Shown here in pieces: positions 57,975 to 64,000 of a stretch of DNA of 64,000 bases. The first letter of the stretch is position 1. The number at the start of each line of letters is the position of its first letter. The notes under the pieces were generated by a model, which made no database searches, had not been told where the DNA came from, and saw only the letters and a program-made list of their open reading frames with translations. The translations under genes were made by a program, and so were the position numbers. Source of the DNA: a virus. Its lineage: Duplodnaviria; Heunggongvirae; Uroviricota; Caudoviricetes. The stretch is taken from IMG/VR virus record IMGVR_UViG_3300035520_000451. One strand, given 5' to 3'.

Positions 57975-58277
57975 TCATGGCTCTTCTTCTAATTTGAATC
58001 CCAATCTCTCGAGATCCATGATTGCAAATACTACTTGAAGGAGAATTGCAGCATTACCTGCATATTCGTTTGGAGTTGCGGTTTCTTTATAGATGGTTTT
58101 ATACAATTGACCAACTACTCCTGCCCAAGAAAGTGGTTCAATATCCATACAAAATCTTTCGGACGCACCAATAATGATGTGCACAATTCTGTCAGATCCA
58201 ATGTATCCTAAATCTTTTAAGACATCAGATACTTTTGATTCGAAGATGATTTCTTTGTCTTTTGTAAATTGTATCAT
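57975..58277 (-). CDS. hypothetical protein, WAGVVGQLY family paralog 2
   Basis: SWAGVVGQLY and AILLQVVFAIMDLE blocks. Confidence 0.5.
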   Translation of the reverse strand: MIQFTKDKEIIFESKVSDVLKDLGYIGSDRIVHIIIGASERFCMDIEPLSWAGVVGQLYKTIYKETATPNEYAGNAAILLQVVFAIMDLERLGFKLEEEP

Positions 58278-58338
58278 TTTTATTGTTTTTAAGTTGATAT
58301 TCTTGTTATTTTATGAGTGTTAGTTAATAAGCCTTCTA

Positions 58339-58408
58339 ACCACGTCAAGGTACTCATATAAGAAGGATTTTAGGGATATTGTGCGCACGATCCCAGGGAA
58401 TTTCAACC
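58339..58408 (-). promoter_or_regulatory. repeat element copy B
   Basis: ACCACGTCAAGGTA...GAAGGATTTT-hairpin(GGGATATTGTGCGCACGATCCC)-AGGGAATTTCAACC; about 60 nt upstream of 57975..58277. Confidence 0.5.
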
Positions 58409-58867
58409 CAGTTTATTTTTAGGTGGAGCTAAAGGGTAAACCAACCTACAGGTTTTGCACAGTAATACAACTTTCCCACTTTGTATACTGCGCTTTGATA
58501 GTGAATGAGAGCCTGCATCATCACAAATAGTTACCAGCTTAATCCTAAAGAGGAGCTAGTATAAAATCCCAGTATAACTTAATTAAGTTACGGCGGGAAT
58601 AAATGATCACAACTTCTAAGAAGTATAACTTAATTAAATAAGTTACTGTGATCCTAACATAATATTTACACCAGAACTCGCGTTAAATAACAGAGTTTGA
58701 ATCTGATGTATTTGAAATTAATAGCTGAGAAGAACTTAATATAGGACTCTTCTCGTATCCTTATTTCCCACCCATAAATGCACGGATAATTATAATAATT
58801 CCCGTGATAAAATAGATGAAAAAAATTATTGTAAAAATAACCGTCAATACAGATTCTATAAATTCCA

Positions 58868-59182
58868 TTATAAACCAGTTTGAGACTTTATTTGATCTTG
58901 TGTCGCTTTAGGCAGATAATACTTATACTCTTTACCAGTCTTTTTACTAATTCTCTTTACATATAAAGAACCAGTTTTAGACTTATAAATTGGATATTTA
59001 TTACCTTCTTTATCTTGCCAAAAATATGCTGTTTTAGTATCAGCAGTAGTAGTTTGAGTAGTAGTAAATGTATTACCAGTACGCACTACTTCTGCATTAA
59101 TATTACAAACCCCCAACAACATTAACACTAAACTAAAAATAATCTTCTTCATAATCTTCTTTATTAAAACTTCCTCAAGCAT
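58868..59182 (-). CDS. small secreted protein
   Basis: Internal start MKKIIFSLVLMLLGVCNINA is a signal peptide; Thr-rich mature part. Confidence 0.45.
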   Translation of the reverse strand: MLEEVLIKKIMKKIIFSLVLMLLGVCNINAEVVRTGNTFTTTQTTTADTKTAYFWQDKEGNKYPIYKSKTGSLYVKRISKKTGKEYKYYLPKATQDQIKSQTGL

Positions 59183-59211
59183 ACGCTCGAGGAGGAAAAC
59201 AATTATAACCC

Positions 59212-59508
59212 TTACGATGCCACGAAAATATAATAGCCATGTTCACGCATCCAAAAAATGAACGCAATGAGATCATCTGTGGCTATTAAATCCACAAAAT
59301 CTTCAAAGCTGTGACTATTAGTGTAACTTTTAAGAATCTCCTGCAAACAATCTGCCCACCGATCAGTGGAATATTTTTGCAGGGAATTCCCAACATAGAG
59401 ACAAAGGCGGAAGATAGTACTCTCATCATAATTTAATTTATCAGAAAGTTCTCTTACCTCTTCCATCTCTAGACATACGTTATTCTTGTTAACGATATAC
59501 CATTTCAT
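59212..59508 (-). CDS. hypothetical protein
   Basis: ORF. Confidence 0.4.
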   Translation of the reverse strand: MKWYIVNKNNVCLEMEEVRELSDKLNYDESTIFRLCLYVGNSLQKYSTDRWADCLQEILKSYTNSHSFEDFVDLIATDDLIAFIFWMREHGYYIFVAS

Positions 59509-59509
59509 A

Positions 59510-59695
59510 TCACCATAATATATATACTATCATGCCTCCAAGGAATAAAAATGCCCAAGAGAACAGGACTAGATTAGTAAAAAAATGATTAAATTTCTCC
59601 AAATCTTCACCAAACAATTTTGTTCCGTAAAGAGACACTAACAACTGGAATGCAAAGATTCCAGCTGCCAGTGTCAAATACCATACAAGTATCAT
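59510..59695 (-). CDS. small two-TM membrane protein
   Basis: Two hydrophobic helices in 61 aa. Confidence 0.4.
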   Translation of the reverse strand: MILVWYLTLAAGIFAFQLLVSLYGTKLFGEDLEKFNHFFTNLVLFSWAFLFLGGMIVYILW

Positions 59696-60195
59696 TTGTT
59701 TCGAAGTAATTCGTCCATTAATATTGATACCAATTCGTCTTTAAAACGTACTGGTTCATCGTATACAGCGATAGCCTTTACTGCCTGAATCAGAATAGCT
59801 GAATCACGGAGAAAATCGTCATAGCGATCCTCGCGAAGGTAGTCAATTCCTCTCTGCATTGCTTCATACGCAGGGAGAGAAAAATGCTTTACAGCATTAT
59901 TACTCTCCAACTTGTAGGCAATAACCAATCCGTCATTGGACAGAATATTGCCTATGTTGTCCTGCAGCTTTTTAGCGCAGTTCATTGCTCGCTTGTTCAG
60001 TGCCTCCATAAGCACTCCTGCATGAGCACGTACTACTGCATCTGAATATGCAGCGTAGTCGAAGTAAGTGTACTGGCTATCCTTTTCTGGAATAATCATC
60101 TCTATGGAAACTGAGTTGTTATTCTCAGTTCTCTTTATATTAGGAAGAGTATTCAGGTTTGGTTTGGTTCTTAGTCCAGCCATAGTATTTCCCAT
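59692..60195 (-). CDS. hypothetical protein, divergent member of the WAGVVGQLY family (GC-richer)
   Basis: C-terminal DSAILIQAVKAIAVYDE aligns with paralog C-terminal blocks; about 42% GC against about 30% background. Confidence 0.45.
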   Translation of the reverse strand: MGNTMAGLRTKPNLNTLPNIKRTENNNSVSIEMIIPEKDSQYTYFDYAAYSDAVVRAHAGVLMEALNKRAMNCAKKLQDNIGNILSNDGLVIAYKLESNNAVKHFSLPAYEAMQRGIDYLREDRYDDFLRDSAILIQAVKAIAVYDEPVRFKDELVSILMDELLRNK

Positions 60196-60537
60196 GCCAT
60201 TGGGTTATCTTTAATGAGGCAAATGTGCAAGATAAATGCTCACACGCATACACCCATATTGGATGCCGTCACAACTCCTATTACCAATTCAGGAGTAAGC
60301 CTACATATTATTCAGCTTTTACGAAAAGTTCTCTGTCTATTCCAGAGTGCCACTTAAGAAATTCTTCTTAAGATACTCTTAATCTGCATAATAAATAGCT
60401 AAAGCTTCTTCATTACTTAGTTTAGAGTGATCTACTCTATCTTCAAAGTAGACTTTACTGATTTTGATATTACTTTTATCCATAATCATAAATTTTTTTT
60501 TCATTATACAAAGGTGCTTTCAGTTTAAAGCCTCTCT

Positions 60538-60597
60538 ACCACGTCAAGGTAGCACCAATCAGAAAGGATTTCGGGCTTATGCCCAGGAATTTCAACC
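60538..60597 (-). promoter_or_regulatory. repeat element copy C
   Basis: ACCACGTCAAGGTA...GAAAGGATTT-hairpin(CGGGCTTATGCCC)-AGGAATTTCAACC; upstream of a 37-aa ORF plus 59692..60195. Confidence 0.5.
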
Positions 60598-60809
60598 TAA
60601 TTCTTTTCACAAATCATAATCATCCCATGCCCTGCACCAATTATTTTAAATATGCAGGTATCTAAATCCAGAAACTTAATATCCTTAATGTTTACACAGT
60701 TACTAAGTTTTTCTACGTGATCTTTTACAAAATCATGTGCTTCTGCATAGGAATCGAAAGCATTTTCAAAATATGCCATCGGATTTACTGTTTTTACAAT
60801 ATATTTCAT
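60597..60809 (-). CDS. hypothetical protein
   Basis: 70-aa ORF. Confidence 0.4.
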   Translation of the reverse strand: MKYIVKTVNPMAYFENAFDSYAEAHDFVKDHVEKLSNCVNIKDIKFLDLDTCIFKIIGAGHGMIMICEKN

Positions 60810-60979
60810 ATTTTTAGTTATTTAGTTTTCAGAAATTAATTTTTTTTACTTATTTAAAAATTACTTTTTAGAACAAAGATAGTTTTTGTAAAATAGTATA
60901 AACTAGATTACAAAATGAAAAATGAAGGAATATGGAAAATAGAGAAAAACGGGCACAGAAAAGTGTACCCGTTCTCTTA

Positions 60980-61282
60980 TCATCTAAAGGAACCTCTCCA
61001 ATCTTCTTTGTGAGATGCTAACCATTCATCAAATGCATATTTAGGTTTCTTTGCGGGCAACACTCTAATAATTTCCCACTCATTACCCTTTTTCATAAGA
61101 GTAAAGAATCCTAATAATACACATCTTCCGTACCAATTTGGGTATATTTTGTATTTTTTGGTTTTGGTAAATATATCCAGATGGTCAAGTCGACCAAATA
61201 CTGTGTGATAAATCATACAAAAAATATACAAAATAAAAAAGGGGAAAGACACTCCTAATGGAGTGTCCACCCTTTTACTCAA
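60980..61282 (-). CDS. hypothetical protein
   Basis: 100-aa ORF. Confidence 0.4.
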   Translation of the reverse strand: MSKRVDTPLGVSFPFFILYIFCMIYHTVFGRLDHLDIFTKTKKYKIYPNWYGRCVLLGFFTLMKKGNEWEIIRVLPAKKPKYAFDEWLASHKEDWRGSFR

Positions 61283-61814
61283 TTACCTTAAATAGGTACC
61301 AGTAGGTTTTCCCATATGAGGCAACACGTTCCGCGCGTGCCACAATTTGCAGCGTGTAGGTCTTGCCTGCATGGTCTTTCTCCCATCCCTTCTTAAGGAG
61401 CATCAACTCCTTTGCAGCATCCGCTACAGTACGCTCATTTAAGTAGAAATAATCTTCCTTGTTGAACGCTTCCGGAACGACGTCATCCAACCACTCAGCC
61501 CCCTCAGTGAAAACTTTCTGGGGCTTAGCAGTCCCGATGAGTCGGGAGATGGAAACGGTGCCTCGGCTGCCGGAGGTTAGGACGTTCATGAAGAACGCTT
61601 TATCTCCGTCGTCAGTGTCGAACGAAGATACGTCCGAAGCCATACCCTTGATATGTAGGATATCTCCTACTGCCAGCTCCTCGTTATTCAAGGAACGGTT
61701 GTCCATAGTTACGACCATACCAACAGCAGCCTCTTCGGTGATACCGACAGCCATGAGCTCGTCAATTTTCTTAGACTGAGCAGGAGTCAAAGACTCAACA
61801 TCATTCTTTTTCAT
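61275..61814 (-). CDS. hypothetical protein with strongly atypical (about 50% GC) composition
   Basis: 179-aa ORF; local GC far above genome background; last minus-strand gene before the strand switch. Confidence 0.5.
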   Translation of the reverse strand: MKKNDVESLTPAQSKKIDELMAVGITEEAAVGMVVTMDNRSLNNEELAVGDILHIKGMASDVSSFDTDDGDKAFFMNVLTSGSRGTVSISRLIGTAKPQKVFTEGAEWLDDVVPEAFNKEDYFYLNERTVADAAKELMLLKKGWEKDHAGKTYTLQIVARAERVASYGKTYWYLFKVIE

Positions 61815-62596
61815 AATCTCTATAATTTAGTAATTAATAAATAAGTTTATTTGTTATTCGAAGCTGGTGGGGGGACTAGGTGCTCAGTATACTCTCTCCC
61901 TCATAATTTCCAAAAATTTTATTTATTGCATAATTTTTATAAATTTTTTCCTTCCCAATTTCAGTCTTAATTTTAATTCTCGGGAATTGGAGAATAGGGG
62001 GGGGGATTAAATTTAAGTACCTAATTATTTTGTGCATATAGATAAAATGGTTATATTTAAATATGCCAACACAAAATAATTATTCGGATTAGGGCATTCA
62101 CTTAATTGACTAGGATACTTTAGAATAGGACTAGTTGTGGGATGCAGATTAGGTAAAGTATTATTAGAATTTATAGAACTTCTACAACAATAATTACTTT
62201 GGATATGGGTTAGTTGGAAATCAAACTCATTTTAATCCTAGAACGTAGTAGAATTAGATTTAGTCCAGTTTTGATTATACTAAAGAGAATGCGAAGTAGC
62301 ATATATTAGTACCATTACTTACATTAGGTGGTGAATAGTTATTGCGATGGGGATTTACACCTGTAGAAATTGGAAGTGGTGCAGAAGCAATAGTAAGCAG
62401 TGCTCCATTATCTTCTACAGTTACTAAAGTAACTACAATTCCTAGAGCAGAAATGCACATTAGAAATATGATTCCAGGAGCTGTAAAGTCTACTTTCGTA
62501 AAAAGAGTTAATAATCTTAATACTTATACTTAGAATAAAGTAAGAATTTTATCTAAGGATTAGTTATAGAAAGCTCTTCAATCTCTAGAAAAGATT

Positions 62597-62800
62597 ATGA
62601 ATAAGAAAGGTTGGACAAAAGTAACTCATCCTAATTTAGATGGAATAGGATTTACAAATGGACGTTTTGTAGTAAGTGATTTAGGTGAAGGAAATGTTGG
62701 AAGAGATATTTTCGGACGAACTAGATTAACCGACTTCACTGTAGAGACAGTTCCAGAATTTAAAGCAGCTATGGAACGTAAAGGAGGTATTTTAAAATAA
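62597..62800 (+). CDS. hypothetical protein
   Basis: 67-aa plus-strand ORF after the strand switch. Confidence 0.35.
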   Translation: MNKKGWTKVTHPNLDGIGFTNGRFVVSDLGEGNVGRDIFGRTRLTDFTVETVPEFKAAMERKGGILK

Positions 62801-62867
62801 TTTAACATAATTCAGTAGCATACTTAAATTTAAAGTATTATATTTGCTTATAAAATGAAATGAAAAT

Positions 62868-63155
62868 ATGGAAGAGTTATTTAAATTATTAGAAGAATTA
62901 TACGGTAATGATCCCGTAGCTGAATTCAAAAAGAATTTGGATGAATTAGATGATGACATCTTCTTAAAAGTAGCAGAAGAGTTATCAGAAAAGAAAGTAG
63001 ATTTACACTTGTTAGACAAAGTTTTAGAAAAAGAAAAGAGAACTGAATCGGAAGATTTGTATCTTGAATATATGATGACTCTTATTAATACAATAGTAAG
63101 AAAGCATCTTAAAAATAGAATTAGCGAGTTAACCAGAATGTTAGATAAATTTTAA
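62868..63155 (+). CDS. hypothetical protein
   Basis: 95-aa ORF with AGGAG-like SD. Confidence 0.45.
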   Translation: MEELFKLLEELYGNDPVAEFKKNLDELDDDIFLKVAEELSEKKVDLHLLDKVLEKEKRTESEDLYLEYMMTLINTIVRKHLKNRISELTRMLDKF

Positions 63156-63173
63156 TAGCTTCGGCTATTAAAC

Positions 63174-63467
63174 TCTCCGATGGTGTAATGGCAGCACAGG
63201 ACACTCTTGAATTAAATAGGAGCTTTATATAGAAATATATAAATGAAAACTTCCCTAATAAACAGAAACCTCGATATTGGAAACTTTATCTTTGGCGATG
63301 GCTTACTAAATTCAGCTTGTCTGATAAATGGCGTAGAGACTATATAGGAAGCACCTTTAAAATGGTGAAGAAATAGTCCAGACTACAATACCTTTAAAAT
63401 GGTAGCTTGTGTAAAAGCAAGTGTGGTACGAAATGTTTTAGTCTAGGTTCGAGTCCTAGTCGGAGGA
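63174..63467 (+). tRNA. candidate intron-containing (split) tRNA; anticodon region CTCTT(G)A, putative Lys-CTT, ambiguous
   Basis: 5' half TCTCCGA-TG-GTGT-AATGGCA-GCAC-A-GGACA-CTCTTGA at 63174-63212; 3' half TGTTT-TAGT-CTAGG-TTCGAGT-CCTAG-TCGGAGG-A at 63434-63467; acceptor strands complementary (one G-U); about 220 nt intervening. Confidence 0.4.
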
Positions 63468-63469
63468 CT

Positions 63470-63787
63470 ATGGGAACAATATTTAAATATAATAATCAAT
63501 TGTATCAATGCAACTCTTTAGAAAAGAAATTAAAGAGGATGAAGATTACCCAAGACGATATAGAGGTAATAATGGATTGTGAAGATGCTGAGAAATGGTT
63601 TAATACACTAGTAAATACTCAAGAAAAAGAATCTGAGGAAGATAATATTTACAAATACTACTTTGTCAATGATAAAGGTGAATCTATTACTTCTATTTAC
63701 AATGAAGTACCAGAAGGTTATAAACCAACAACTTATAAACAATTATTAGAATTATGGAACAAACATGTGAAAGAGTTATTGACTTAG
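63470..63787 (+). CDS. hypothetical protein (start likely at MGTIFKY, not the listed upstream Met)
   Basis: GGAGGA precedes the ATG at 63470; the listed start at 63407 would overlap the tRNA 3' half. Confidence 0.4.
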   Translation: MGTIFKYNNQLYQCNSLEKKLKRMKITQDDIEVIMDCEDAEKWFNTLVNTQEKESEEDNIYKYYFVNDKGESITSIYNEVPEGYKPTTYKQLLELWNKHVKELLT

Positions 63788-64000
63788 TAAAAGAGATATG
63801 GAATAATATTGAGAAGGCTGGGATGCAGGATGCCCAGTTTGCAATTAATTTCCTTGACGAACTTAATAAATTGAGCGTTATTCATTAAATGGGATCTTAT
63901 ACTGACTATGGAGAACTACTTGCCGAGTACAGAAGAGTATAGACAAGACATGTTAAAGAAATTAGAGATGAAATAAAAAGACTTCGCTAGGATTTAGGAG

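Noticed and set aside
317-61779. Numerous short plus-strand ORFs in the six-frame track (e.g. 317-589, 4323-4526, 9170-9632, 12256-12489, 15095-15319, 16722-17039, 17345-17606, 24189-24476, 26368-26591, 35248-35900, 36110-36970, 44877-45140, 51209-51832, 61459-61779)
   Set aside because: Each lies antisense within a longer, better-supported minus-strand gene and has low-complexity AT-codon composition. Treated as non-coding.
62275-62533. Overlapping opposite-strand ORFs 62275-62460 (-) and 62342-62533 (+)
   Set aside because: They are mutually exclusive, neither has a convincing RBS, and the region lies in the unusual strand-switch segment. Left unannotated pending evidence.
1-64000. CRISPR arrays or integrase/attachment sites
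   Set aside because: No regularly spaced direct repeats and no tyrosine or serine recombinase-like ORF were seen. The tRNA-like elements are not flanked by an integrase.

Overview
AT-rich (about 30% GC) 64-kb stretch that looks like the replication and nucleotide-metabolism region plus tRNA cluster of a large virulent dsDNA phage. Genes are almost uniformly on the minus strand until about 61.8 kb, where a G-tract-containing strand-switch region precedes plus-strand genes. Recognisable products: a split family-A DNA polymerase, sigma-70-family sigma factor, ThyX, dUTPase, anaerobic RNR NrdD/NrdG, ATP-dependent ligase, Dda-like SF1 helicase, SF2 helicase, DnaB-like helicase, TOPRIM primase, RNase H, SSB-like acidic-tail proteins, HAD deoxyribonucleotidase-like protein, GH24 lysozyme, a flotillin(SPFH)/NfeD pair with an OmpR-type wHTH protein, and a vWA protein. 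The region is heavily invaded by selfish elements: three LAGLIDADG and two GIY-YIG homing endonuclease genes, and at least two ORF-less group-I-like introns (in nrdD and in the dnaB-like helicase, whose second exon is missing from the ORF track). The HE-carrying insertions split the DNA polymerase and two metallophosphoesterase genes. The most unusual feature is the tRNA region (about 53.3-56.1 kb). Canonical tRNAs (Gln-TTG, Glu-TTC; Leu-TAA elsewhere) are intermixed with at least four 42-45-nt minihelices, each a perfect 7-bp acceptor stem fused directly to a canonical T-arm with no D or anticodon arm, plus ~68-nt tRNA-like genes with aberrant anticodon arms. A candidate intron-split tRNA lies on the plus strand at 63.17-63.47 kb. 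A three-copy promoter-proximal element with conserved flanks and a variable but structurally conserved hairpin sits upstream of a paralogous small-protein family at 57-60.6 kb. All calls are from manual reading of the sequence; no database searches were run.
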